From NCBI GenBank assembly GCA_016763735.1, contig JAESTE010000117.1:1-46363 (forward strand): DNA of 46,363 bases. The letters are read 5' to 3'. Below the pieces are notes generated by a model. That model saw only the letters and a list, made by a program, of their open reading frames with translations. It had not been told where the DNA came from and did no database searches. The DNA comes from Nitrospinaceae bacterium (GTDB taxonomy: Bacteria; Nitrospinota; Nitrospinia; Nitrospinales; VA-1). The position numbers and the translations under genes were made by a program. Below, piece after piece: positions 9,433 through 18,900 of the stretch (within the stretch, counting starts at the first letter, position 1; every line of letters begins with the position of its first letter).

Positions 9433-10551
9433 ATGGCCAGGCCTTCCCGGAAACACGACCCGTCCCACTTCTGTCCCCCGGCCCACAAGGTGGTCAAGTG
9501 GCAGCCTGGGCACCGTGCCTTTGTCTTGGACAAGTTCGTGTTGCGTGGTGTCAAACCCACGGCCGCCGCACTGTTCTACCCGGCGTGGAGCTTCAAGTCC
9601 GCCACCAACGGATCCCTCAAGAGCGTGGACGCGACCTGTTCGGTGACAGGGTCAGACAAGTCCTTGACCGGGTTGGAGTTGGGGCAGTGCGTGGACCGTC
9701 AACTGGGGGACATTGTCAAGCTGCTCGTGGGCTACTCGGTGCCTTTGGCCCTCTTCCTGGACCAGGAAATGAAGTTGCCCGCCTCGTTGCCCAAGCGCGC
9801 GCTCCATGCTCTGCTGGGGTACCGCCAGACCATGCACGTGTACAGCCGCAAAGTGTTTGCCGTATTGGCGAGCCAAGGACTGGAACCTCTGGCCACTCAG
9901 GTGTGCTGCGGGTCGTGTGACGCCCGTCTGGGTACGGCCGTGGACTTGGTGTGCCGTGACCCGCGTCCTCCCTTTCACGACGTGTTGGTGGAGATCAAGG
10001 CCGGGTACTACCGCTACATGAACCGGTTTGTCACACACATGAGCCCGCCCTACCAGGCGTTCCCCGACTCTCCGTTCTACCAGTTCCAGTTGCAGCTGGC
10101 CTTCACCCGCATCTTGTACATGCGCACGTACCAGCACCGCATGGTGTCGTACTCGGTGGTGTTGAACGTGCACGAGCAGGGGATTGACCTGTACAGTTTG
10201 CTGCCTGCGGTTCAGAAGTGTGACGTTGGGGCCTGGAAGGTGTTAGTGAACACCCGTGACTTGACGGCGCCTCAACGCACGGCCATGCACAACCGGGCGA
10301 GGGCGCAGTACCTGGAGCAGAAGGGGTCTGTGCCCAAGCCCAGCAAGGTGAACCCGGCCACGGCAGCGGTGGCGGCGATACGCAAACCTCGGGCCAGGAA
10401 GGTGGCCAAGGGCCGCAAACGTCCTCGTTCTCTACCTGTCAACCGTATGGTGGCGACTACCCGGCGCCTCAGCCGAGGCAAGCTCAAGGTCACTAGGCGC
10501 CGTACGCGGTCAGCACGTTCGGCCACTCGACGTCGCAAAGTCACCAAATAA
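9433..10551 (+). CDS. PD-(D/E)XK nuclease-like protein (lambda-exo/YqaJ/herpes alkaline-nuclease-like motifs) with Arg/Lys-rich C-terminal tail
   Basis: The start was moved to ccATGg at 9433, because the ATG at 9361 overlaps the divergent gene's start. The motifs are GTAVDLVCRD ... VLVEIKAGY (D...E-x-K) followed by YQFQLQLAF. The last ~70 aa are highly basic (RKPRARKVAKGRKRPR...RRRTRSARSATRRRK). Confidence 0.55.
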   Translation: MARPSRKHDPSHFCPPAHKVVKWQPGHRAFVLDKFVLRGVKPTAAALFYPAWSFKSATNGSLKSVDATCSVTGSDKSLTGLELGQCVDRQLGDIVKLLVGYSVPLALFLDQEMKLPASLPKRALHALLGYRQTMHVYSRKVFAVLASQGLEPLATQVCCGSCDARLGTAVDLVCRDPRPPFHDVLVEIKAGYYRYMNRFVTHMSPPYQAFPDSPFYQFQLQLAFTRILYMRTYQHRMVSYSVVLNVHEQGIDLYSLLPAVQKCDVGAWKVLVNTRDLTAPQRTAMHNRARAQYLEQKGSVPKPSKVNPATAAVAAIRKPRARKVAKGRKRPRSLPVNRMVATTRRLSRGKLKVTRRRTRSARSATRRRKVTK

Positions 10552-10552
10552 A
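10547..10552 (+). terminator. Candidate polyadenylation hexamer AATAAA overlapping the stop codon
   Basis: The sequence is caccAAATAAAcattt. The TAA stop of 9433..10551 lies inside the AATAAA. Confidence 0.3.
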
Positions 10553-10569
10553 CATTTAGTTCAAGCACG

Positions 10570-11943
10570 CTACGAAGCGGTCTTGATCTTCTTGGTCCCC
10601 TTCTCCAGTCTGGCCTTGGTTCGCTTGGCCAGCCTGCGTCGGAACCGCACCACACGTGCGTCGATCTTGACGAGACACGGTTCACAGTAATCACTGTCAC
10701 TGTCCTCGTCGTCCGCCTTCGGTGGATACAAACTCATGTCCATGTCACACTCCGAACACGATCGACGGATGTGCTTGCGCTTGGGGGCCCGGGCCTTGGC
10801 CGCGTCCTCTACTTCCTGGAGCTTGGTGGTATGGGCCCTGCGGAACCTCTGCTTGAGATCGAGTTGAGCAGCCGCGATCCGCTCTTGCGTTTCCACTCTC
10901 GCCATGGTGCACCCAATACAGTAGTCCTTGTTGATGTCGGCGCGTTGTGGCGGCGGGTAGAACTTCATGTCCGTCTCGCAGCCCGCACACCACCGGTTGG
11001 TCTCTAACTTGGCCTCTATGTCTGCCATAGCCGCCACGTGTTTGAGGACGTCGCGTTTGGTCCTCTCCTTGACCTCCAGGTCTACCCTATCCGCCACGCG
11101 CTTGAGCATGTCGTCCTCGTCCTCGTCCTCCTCGAACGCGTCGTCCGGTATGTCCTCGGCCTCTTCGTCCTTCTTGTTGTCCTTCGCGCGCTTGGCGTCC
11201 AAGGCGTCTGCGGCGTCCATGCGATCCTTGACGACTTTGGCGTCGCGTTTCTTGGCACATGTATAGCACAGCTCCTCACACTCGTCGTCTGGTACGTCGC
11301 AGATGTGCGCGTCGCACTGGAAACACTTGTCGCACTGTTTGCACCACTCGTCCCCACATCGTGCGCAGACACCTCTCAGACACGATTCACAGACCATGTG
11401 TTTCTTGTCGCATTGGATGTTGTTCACCGTGTCGTTGTAGACTCCACAGTATTCGCATATGGGGTTGCCGTCCTTGTCGTCGGGTATGGCGCAGAATGTA
11501 CACAGGTCCACATCGTCTGCGTCGCAGACGTGCAAGCCACACTTGGCACACGTGTTGCACGAGGCACACCACGTGTCCGAACAACGTGTGCATTCTCCCT
11601 TCACGCAGGCCTCGCAGACCATGTGTTGTTCGGTGCACTCGGTGTCGCAAACCGACCTGTTGCGCACGCCGCAGTGGTCGCAGAGGTCGTTGTCAGCGTT
11701 CTCGTAAGCACGTTGTTCGGCGCAGTCGTGGCAGCGGTTGTATATTTCGGCAAGTTTCGCCTTGTAGTAACCGACTTGGTCTGTCAAGCACTTGACCAAC
11801 TTGTCGTCGTCCGGGACGTTGGTGAACCCCGCGTCTTCCAAGTCCTGTTCTATGTGGTCGGTGCCTATCTCAACCCACGTCGTAAGGATCTCCAGGGCAG
11901 AGGACTGGGACAAGTGGGGCAGTATCTTGGTAGGGTTTGACAT
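10570..11943 (-). CDS. Cysteine-rich protein with two tandem RING-HC-like fingers and two C-terminal zinc ribbons (GYTNVP family, paralogue 1)
   Basis: The start was moved from 12315 to ATG 11943 (MSNPTKILPHL...), because the track's N-terminal 124 aa run through the GTCGAC cluster and the palindrome arm. It has the conserved DLEDAGFTNVP box. There are two copies of C-x2-C-x11-C-x3-H-x2-C-x2-C-x4-C-x2-C, each followed by W-C-x2-C-x2-C-x2-C. An acidic coiled region comes next, then two copies of C-x2-C...DYC-x2-C. Confidence 0.75.
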   Translation of the reverse strand: MSNPTKILPHLSQSSALEILTTWVEIGTDHIEQDLEDAGFTNVPDDDKLVKCLTDQVGYYKAKLAEIYNRCHDCAEQRAYENADNDLCDHCGVRNRSVCDTECTEQHMVCEACVKGECTRCSDTWCASCNTCAKCGLHVCDADDVDLCTFCAIPDDKDGNPICEYCGVYNDTVNNIQCDKKHMVCESCLRGVCARCGDEWCKQCDKCFQCDAHICDVPDDECEELCYTCAKKRDAKVVKDRMDAADALDAKRAKDNKKDEEAEDIPDDAFEEDEDEDDMLKRVADRVDLEVKERTKRDVLKHVAAMADIEAKLETNRWCAGCETDMKFYPPPQRADINKDYCIGCTMARVETQERIAAAQLDLKQRFRRAHTTKLQEVEDAAKARAPKRKHIRRSCSECDMDMSLYPPKADDEDSDSDYCEPCLVKIDARVVRFRRRLAKRTKARLEKGTKKIKTAS

Positions 11944-11979
11944 GGCGAATGACTTTGTGTGGTTGTTTGACAACGAGCA

Positions 11980-12027
11980 GTCGACACCCGAGTCGACGTC
12001 CGAGTTGAAGTCGACTTGAGAGTCGAC
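11980..12027. promoter_or_regulatory. GTCGAC-box cluster 1 (4 copies)
   Basis: Exact GTCGAC at 11980, 11992, 12010 and 12022. The cluster lies 37-84 nt upstream of the minus-strand ATG at 11943. Confidence 0.7.
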
Positions 12028-12089
12028 ACGGATATAATAAAAATGTACCGCCACTGATGATACAAATCCACGCGCCCATACTCTCGAGG

Positions 12090-12470
12090 ATTTCGCCGAG
12101 GTTGGAAAAGTCAAGGTTTGGTCGAAGGTTTCGAAAACTTCAGAACGCGGTCCCTGAGTGATTCCAACAGCAAACGGTTTGGAGTCGACCAGATGAAAAC
12201 GTGACTTTTTCACTTTCTGAAATACTTGAAACTTGGAAGTATTTCTGAAGTATTGGTCAAGTATTTCGTACTTTCCCTCGAGAGACTTGACAAAAACTTG
12301 AGAAATACTTGACAAAAACTTGAGAAATACTTTGTACCGAGATTTTCCTGAAGTCCAATCGAGAGGGGGGGTAGGGTCTTGTTCCCCCCTAACCGATCGG
12401 CATCAAATCGGTGAATAAAAGATGTTCACCATTTGTGACAAAATAAATTAACCGATATGTCAGACTTTGT
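12090..12470. repeat. Left arm of ~1-kb imperfect palindrome
   Basis: The reverse complement aligns with 12632-13005. The core 12322-12400 is ~78/79 identical to 12703-12781, including matching G7/C7 and C6/G6 runs. The outer and inner parts are more diverged. The arm contains GAAATACTT/AAGTATTTC iterons at 12219, 12237, 12259, 12302 and 12324. Confidence 0.85.
12286..12329. repeat. 2 x 22-bp tandem direct repeat (CTTGACAAAAACTTGAGAAATA)
   Basis: Exact adjacent copies at 12286-12307 and 12308-12329, inside the left palindrome arm. Confidence 0.9.
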
Positions 12471-12631
12471 TACGGTAGTAGTAGAGTAGTGCAATGGGTT
12501 AGACATCCTAGACCCCCCCCCATCCTGTACAAAATTTGGGTATTAATCCAGACTAGTCTAGTCCTACTGCGCAAGGTACCATTCAAACATCCACCCGACT
12601 ATCCTGCAAACGTGAACCATACAATAGGTGT

Positions 12632-13005
12632 CACAGTTCCTGACATATCGGTTAATTGATTGTCTTCACGAACGTTGAACTTGTATATTCACCGAAAACC
12701 TACCGGTCGGTTAGGGGGGAACAAGACCCTACCCCCCCTCTCGATTGGACTTCAGGAAAATCTCGGTACAAAGTATTTCTCAAGTATTTCTCAAGTATTT
12801 TCATACTTTTCAACAAGTCCTTCGAGGGAAAACTACAAAATACTTCAGAAATACTTAAGGTTTTCAAGTTTCTGATCAGGTGAAAAAGTATCGATTTCAT
12901 CCGAGGGCTTACAAAACGTTTGCTGTTGGATCGTATCAGGGACGTGTGTTTGGTGGGTTTTGAAATCCTACTGGAAGACCTTGACTTTTCCAACCTCTGC
13001 GAAAT
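12632..13005. repeat. Right arm of ~1-kb imperfect palindrome
   Basis: This is the inverted partner of 12090-12470. It carries iterons at 12771, 12782 and 12848, plus degenerate copies. TTAACCGATATGTCAG (left) is matched by CTGACATATCGGTTAA (right). Confidence 0.85.
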
Positions 13006-13072
13006 TTCCCGCAAGTCTTCCCCAGGTTTCGGCACCCTGGATTGGAACCGGCTGAACCCGAGGGCAGGAGTG

Positions 13073-13122
13073 GTCGACTAAGACGGACAAGAGTCGAAAA
13101 GTCGACATGTCGAAAAGTCGAC
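13073..13122. promoter_or_regulatory. GTCGAC-box cluster 2 (3 copies + 1 near copy)
   Basis: Exact GTCGAC at 13073, 13101 and 13117, with GTCGAA at 13093. The 22-mer GTCGACATGTCGAAAAGTCGAC is identical to 26851-26872. The cluster is upstream of the H3-like gene. Confidence 0.7.
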
Positions 13123-13229
13123 CTCCTTCCCCGGACGACTTGGCTCTCTGCACCCCGACCTGGGGGTCAACAACCTCTGGGGGACACAGTTTGAGGCTTT
13201 CTGAGGTAGTGGTGACTGCGTTCGTTACC

Positions 13230-13868
13230 ATGGCACGTACCAAGCAATCCCGTTCCTCTGCCACCAAAGACAAGGCTGCACTCCCCAAACTCAAGGGCCA
13301 CAAGGCCGGTCCGTCTGGAAAGGTCACGCGTTCGACAATCAAAGGGCCCAAGAAGGGGGCCGGGGGCAAAGGCAAGTCGGGCAAGGTCCAACACTACCGT
13401 CAACCGGGTGATGTGGCGCACGCCAAGGTCAAGGGTTTGGCCCCAGGCGAACCCCAGCCACGTCGCACCAAGGACGGGTTCCTCTTCCGCAAACCGCGCT
13501 CGCACCCGGGCCAGAGGGCCAAGCGGTTCATCAAGAAGCTCCAGATGAGTGTGTTGCCGGTCTCCAGCATGGCCGGGGCACGTCGAGCCTTTGTGGGCGG
13601 GCTGGTGCGCATCAACGCACTGAACATGCGCGTGAGCCGCAGCGCCATGGCCACCGCACAGGAAGCCGTGGAGATGATCTTCCACACCATCGCCACCGAC
13701 GCGTTGTTGACCACTGTGGCCCGAGGACAGAAGACCCTGTCGGTAGGCGACCTGGAGTTGGCCTTCATGCGGTACTCGAGGTCGGGTCAAGGCACCAACA
13801 TGGTGTGGCAAGAGTACCAGTCGCTCAACCCGGACGGCACGTCACTCCAACTGCGTGCGTTGAGTTGA
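13230..13868 (+). CDS. Histone H3-like protein (212 aa)
   Basis: The start was moved to ATG 13230, giving N-terminal MARTKQS (H3 has ARTKQT). VQHYRQPGDVA parallels H3 KPHRYRPGTVA. RVSRSAMATAQEAVEMIFHTIATDALLTTVARGQKTLSVGDLELAFMRY parallels H3 [50 protein letters not shown]. Confidence 0.75.
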   Translation: MARTKQSRSSATKDKAALPKLKGHKAGPSGKVTRSTIKGPKKGAGGKGKSGKVQHYRQPGDVAHAKVKGLAPGEPQPRRTKDGFLFRKPRSHPGQRAKRFIKKLQMSVLPVSSMAGARRAFVGGLVRINALNMRVSRSAMATAQEAVEMIFHTIATDALLTTVARGQKTLSVGDLELAFMRYSRSGQGTNMVWQEYQSLNPDGTSLQLRALS

Positions 13869-13958
13869 TCCAACTTGGGTTGTGACTTGGAACCCCCCGC
13901 CAGTATGAGTACAGCTATAAACACCTATTTGAATTGTACCTGTTGTGTGAGTGCCAAC

Positions 13959-14516
13959 ATGCCGACGGCACGTTTGGCGGACCGAGACGTGGGGTGGAAA
14001 GACAAAATACGGTGCGACCTGGCGCATTCTGAAGTGGTGGACGACCGAGACGTGGCGCAGTTGTGTTCCCGCTTGAAACGGGTGCTGGTGTGGCACGCCA
14101 AAGACCATCTGTTGTTGCGGGGCCATTGCCAACTGGCCGAGTCGCCGAACAAGTCAACCGACGGCTGGATATGGATCATCATCCCGTGCACACGACAAGA
14201 CAAGCAAGACGTGTGGGTGTTGCGCACGCGTCGGTCCGTGACTCAACGCATGGACACAGACGACGTGCGTACGTGCACCCACCTGCAAAACAATCGGTTG
14301 TGGATGTGGATGGTCTTGTTCGCCTGGGGAGTCCACCGTCTACAAGAAACCTTTCGGGTGGCGCCCGATTCACCTGACGCACGGCTGTTGTGGCTGTGGT
14401 CTCAAAACGCCCACAACAACGGGCTGGACTTGGTGCGGTGGGTGCGTAGGTGTTGCGGGGTACTGGCCCGCACACTAGACGTCCTGTGTTCCGTCGACCG
14501 TGGAGCTGTGGCATGA
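13959..14516 (+). CDS. Hypothetical Trp-rich protein (185 aa)
   Basis: The first plausible ATG is at 13959, preceded by TATAAACA at 13916-13923. No motif recognised. Confidence 0.5.
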   Translation: MPTARLADRDVGWKDKIRCDLAHSEVVDDRDVAQLCSRLKRVLVWHAKDHLLLRGHCQLAESPNKSTDGWIWIIIPCTRQDKQDVWVLRTRRSVTQRMDTDDVRTCTHLQNNRLWMWMVLFAWGVHRLQETFRVAPDSPDARLLWLWSQNAHNNGLDLVRWVRRCCGVLARTLDVLCSVDRGAVA

Positions 14517-14586
14517 CCAGTAACTGAATGGATTTGTACATACCCACTCATGTCTCCCCTTCGTGTATAAAGATTGATCAAGCAGC

Positions 14587-15933
14587 ATGTCGCGCGCTAC
14601 CGTACAGAAACGGTTCACTGACTACATCACGCAACAGACCCCGCCCGCACGCACCGATGAAGTCGCCGGGTCCACCGAGGCCAAGAACGGCATGCACTCG
14701 GCCATGCGCGCCCTGAGCTCCAAGCAACGGTACCGCTCCCACTTCGCCGACGCCACCGAGAAGGTGGCCGATGCCTTGTTCGAGAAACACCCCGCCCTCA
14801 AGGCCTGTAGCGACGGCACCTGGGGCAAGTACTGCCAGTACACCCTGTTCTCGTGTCTGGACGAGACGTACCTGCCCCTCCTGGAGGAGGCCGCCAACGA
14901 CATTGACCACAAGGCACACACCGAGGCCGTGGTCATGATCAACTCCATCAAGTTCTTAGAATGCCAGCTGAAGGAGATATGGGAAGCCTTGATCACCACC
15001 TTCACCGACTCTGCGCCCCAGTTCGCCCTGTTGTGCAGCTTTGCCCGCGAGTGCTACGTGATCCGTGCCTCCGACGCACCCATCACCACAGCAGAGACCA
15101 AGCAAGGAGTCAAGGGCATGTTCACCGGGTCCAACAAGAGCAAGGACTTGTTCCGAGTCTACTTCATCCAGGACGAGGCCGAACGTCTGGCCTTTGACCG
15201 GTCGGTACGCAAGGGAAACCTGGGCATCCTGAAGAGCCATCGTCTCAAACACGCCGCGTCACGTCGCGAGTGGAAGAAGCGGGTGGAGGCCGGGACGCAT
15301 CCCGTCAAGTCCAAGAAAGGACGCAAGAGAGAGCGCCAGAAGAACAACGGCAAGGAGGCCAAGGACCAGAAGGTCCCCTCCAAAGACGACGACGAACCGT
15401 CGGTGGGAGACGGGTGTTGGATACTTGAGCGAGGTGTGCAGCCTCTGGCCGAGGCCGTGTACGCAGTCTTCCATCGTGAAGAACGTATCCGAGAGGAGAT
15501 AGTCAACGTACTGGAGCGTATCGTGGTCACCCCCGCAGGACTGGCCGACCAACACGCCGCCATTCAGCGCATGGCAGTGGACTCGGCCAGCTTCCCTACC
15601 CTGGCCATGCGTACGGCCTTGCAAGACTACCGTCAACAACTGTGGGTGGTGCTGATGTTCCTCCACGACAAGGAGATCCACAACGCGTTTCGTGCCTTGG
15701 TGACCAAAGACACCCCCGAGAACGAACGCGAAGCTATCATGAAGGAGGCCATCCGAGCCATCCTGCCCGACTCGGCACGTGACGACGAACCTATCCCGCG
15801 TGAGTGTGCCCCCACCCCGCAACCCCAGCCAGTGCAGGTGACTCCTGTGGTCAACAACGTGCCCAAGGCCGAAGACTGTACCGGTGCTGCCGGAGCGGAG
15901 AAGGACGCACTTGAATCAGACCAAGACGAGTAA
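14587..15933 (+). CDS. Hypothetical protein (448 aa) with central basic NLS-like stretch
   Basis: ATG ORF with protein-like composition. It contains KKRVEAGTHPVKSKKGRKRERQKNNGKEAK. TATAAA at 14566-14571 is only 16 nt upstream, so the true start could be the internal Met at 14692. No P-loop is present, so this is not the missing terminase exon. Confidence 0.65.
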   Translation: MSRATVQKRFTDYITQQTPPARTDEVAGSTEAKNGMHSAMRALSSKQRYRSHFADATEKVADALFEKHPALKACSDGTWGKYCQYTLFSCLDETYLPLLEEAANDIDHKAHTEAVVMINSIKFLECQLKEIWEALITTFTDSAPQFALLCSFARECYVIRASDAPITTAETKQGVKGMFTGSNKSKDLFRVYFIQDEAERLAFDRSVRKGNLGILKSHRLKHAASRREWKKRVEAGTHPVKSKKGRKRERQKNNGKEAKDQKVPSKDDDEPSVGDGCWILERGVQPLAEAVYAVFHREERIREEIVNVLERIVVTPAGLADQHAAIQRMAVDSASFPTLAMRTALQDYRQQLWVVLMFLHDKEIHNAFRALVTKDTPENEREAIMKEAIRAILPDSARDDEPIPRECAPTPQPQPVQVTPVVNNVPKAEDCTGAAGAEKDALESDQDE

Positions 15934-15948
15934 CACATACAGTCTTCA

Positions 15949-18900
15949 TTACATCACGTATCGAGTCATTTGTTTCTGCCGGTCTAAACGGCGTCTGTTG
16001 TTCAGCGCACTACGGTCTCTCTGTGCAAACAGTAGCGCTTGTTGTTCTTTGCACATCGTGGTGAAGGCTGTGATGCAGAGGATGGTGTCTGCGCGGGTCA
16101 TGGGGTGGCACTGCCTGATGTAGTCGGCCTGGGCACGGGTGTGGTGCTTGGTGCACACCAGGACGCCATGTGGGTAGATGAAGCAACGACGTTGAGGCAC
16201 CAACTCACGGGTACAGAAGGTGCATTGATGGGTCACGTGCCCGGTCTTGGTGAGTTCAGGGATCACCCGTCGCTGGGCCGCACGCACCGCACGTCGGGTC
16301 TGGGTGCACACCGTACAGATGTAGCCAAAACTAGTGTAGTCGCAGTGGTCCGGGTGGTAGACCATGGGCAGGCCGCACCCCGGGAAAGGACACAGCATGA
16401 TCACCCGTCCGTTCCATTGCAGGAGCCGGCCCAACAAGAACACTTCGCACAGGGGTTGACTGGAACATCGCATGTGCCCGCGTATCCGGTCCATCTTGCA
16501 GAACCTCTCGCCTGTGACGTAGTCCATGACAATGCCGTTGTACCCAAAGACGTTGTTGGGGTTGCGCTTGGAGATGGACGTCATGATAGACTGGGAGTCT
16601 TCGTGGGCCACCAACCCTCCCATGCCGTCAATCAAGGACGCGCCGGCCGGGTCGTCTACTATGGGAGGCATGGCCAGGTCCACTTCCGGCACCGGTGCGT
16701 CTGCGTTGCGGCGTACCCGGCGTGTCTTGCCCTTGGCACTGGACATGGGTTGACGCAACAACGAGTAGACTTGCTGGCACACCTGGCAGTAGTGGAACCG
16801 GGTACGTCCTTGTGCCAGGAAACGAGGCACACGGGTCAGCCCCAGCTTCAATTGAATGGCCTTGATCTGGTTGGTGATGTAATGGTCAGGCAGCTCGTAG
16901 GTGATGCACTGGCTGTGTTCGGTCCAGAACAAGCAGGTGACTTGCAGCAAGTAGAAGGAGTAGGGGAAGCGGTGACGGAATGCCTCGAGCCGGGTGCGCA
17001 AGGCTCGCTTGCCCATGCGGTACATGTCGTACTCCTGCACCAAGTCTTGCATGGACAACAATGCGGTAGGGGACGCGCCCAGGTCAGTTAGAAGAGGGAA
17101 CACGTCACGATGCAACACCGTGTCCACTTGGTCGTAGTGTCCCAGCCACGCGTACAAGTACTTCATGGACGACACCGTCATGGAAGGGATGTCGTCGGGG
17201 CGGAAGGGGTCGGTGTCGGGCCGAGTGCGCAGATCAAAGCGACCCGACTTGCCACGCTGGCAGGTGTGCAAGAAGGACGTCAAGGGGATACGTTGCCGTT
17301 GGTAGCAGTGCTTGAGGATGGCGTCCCGGGCCCCGATGCAGGCCCCATGGATCTTGTCGCGCAAGTCGTTGTCCCACAACTGAGTGATCTTTTTGGATTT
17401 GTTGCGCACCAGCCACTCTTCAGGGGAGGCTTCGGACAGCAGGGTGCGTACCGTCACCAAGGTCTCTTCCACCACGCGTGCGAACCCGGTCCAGTCACAC
17501 AGCAGACGCACGTGGCTGGCGAACACCGGGTCGTCGTTGATGGCCCACACCAAGGCTCGACGCATGGCAAAGGTCGTCAACCATTGACACTTCATGACCA
17601 CCTCGTCCAGCAACTCGGGTTGTTCAATGCTGATCTTCCGCAGCCTGTCTCGGCACACCAAGGGCAGCTGGAACTCTACTGGTGTACTAGGGTACTGCCC
17701 TGTCAACCCGGCCAGGATGATCTGACGGAGCAGCTCTCTGTTGCGGGGTCTGTTGCGTACGAACCGCTTGCACATGTTGGCGAACATGCGGGTTTGGCAA
17801 GGTTGCGGGGTGACCTTGGAGAGGATGTGTACCAAGGGTGCCACAGTGCCGGGCCGTAGTTGGAACCAGAAGCAACACTGGTGGGCGGCGCTGCGGATGT
17901 CGATGGCAAAGTGTTCAGGGGTACACAGTTGTTTGGCCAGGGCTTGGCCCAGAGGGGAGTGGACACAGTCGTGGCGTGCGCCGTACGCCATGTCGTGCAG
18001 GAGTCCCGCCAGATGGCGCATGCGAGGGGCGCATTTCTCGTCTGCCACCACTTCGTCCAATATTTCAAGACACTTGGCCCAGTGTTGTCGTCCACGTAAC
18101 TCTTGGTCGAGTCCAAACGCGTTGTGAGGGTTGTGTGCGTAGAGTTGGGAACCGTATTCGCGCAGCAAGGCAAGGTGGGGGCAATGGAGCTCACGTATCA
18201 ACCGAAGTCGCGTGGGTTCTTCTGCCGCCACCCGTTCCTCATGGGCCTTGCTGCGCCGATGAAAATCCTGATAACGTTCACCGGTCTGTGGTTGGAGCGT
18301 GGGTTCTTCACGGTACACCATGCTCGACTGGTCAATGACCCAGCGTCCGCCTTGCTCGGGGTCGCGGTACGCCCTCAATTGAGAGTAGAGGTACGAGGCC
18401 ATGCTGTCCACCAGCCCTTCGTACCGACTGGCAGAGGGCTGGAACGTGTAGGCTCCAAAGTACCCGCCCTTGTCGTTGCGCAGGTTGCGGTACAGCTGGC
18501 ACACGAACGTGGTGTTGACTCCGTTGAGGCGGCGGTAGTTGGGGCGCAGACTCAAGATGAAGTGGGTCACGTGCACCCGGCAGCACAAGATACAGGGACG
18601 ACGTTCACGCGGAGCTACTCCGGCTTCCATGAAGATCTGGTACTCTTCGGGGAACATGAGGGAAGTCAACACCACGCCACCACTGTGTTCGGGGAACCCC
18701 ATCAGTTGGTGTGTGCGCCCGGCACAGTTTTCTCCACGCGAACAGGCCGGGAAGGTGTAGGTACGGGGCGGGCCCTTCTGCATCTGGACGACATGGGTGC
18801 CGGCTTCGGCCAGGAGCTGCGACTCGAAGTCTGCGGTGAGGATGGGCAGCATGACCCGGCGTTGGTTGATGAGATACTTGACCTCGTCGCTGGTCAGGTT

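Noticed and set aside
12400-12700. Possible tRNA or small RNA gene in the AT-richer centre of the palindrome
   Set aside because: I found no cloverleaf-compatible arms and no T-loop (GTTCRANYC) or A/B box consensus by eye. A covariance-model scan (tRNAscan-SE, Infernal) would be needed to exclude it formally.
11980-13122. CRISPR-like or tandem-repeat array interpretation of the repeated short motifs
   Set aside because: The repeats are only 6-9 bp, occur in both orientations with irregular 10-26 bp spacing, and have no uniform spacers or leader. This pattern fits protein-binding sites, not CRISPR.
13107-13229. Upstream ATG at 13107 as the start of the histone gene (41 extra residues)
   Set aside because: That ATG lies inside the GTCGACATGTCGAAAAGTCGAC promoter 22-mer, which recurs at 26851. 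The ATG at 13230 yields the canonical H3 N-terminus, MARTKQ.
11944-13384. Coding potential inside the palindrome: the N-terminal 124 codons of track ORF 10570..12315, and ORFs 12656..12883, 12660..12875, 12700..13035 and 12968..13384
   Set aside because: These ORFs are mirror images created by the inverted repeat. They are AT-rich with atypical codon usage and run through the iterons and GTCGAC boxes. The paralogue alignment places the real start of the left gene at 11943.
13959-14516. WIWIIIPCTRQDKQDVWVL as a degenerate P-loop, which would make this ORF terminase exon 1
   Set aside because: It lacks the Gly-Lys-Ser/Thr essential for a Walker A. The similarity is limited to a hydrophobic-strand pattern.
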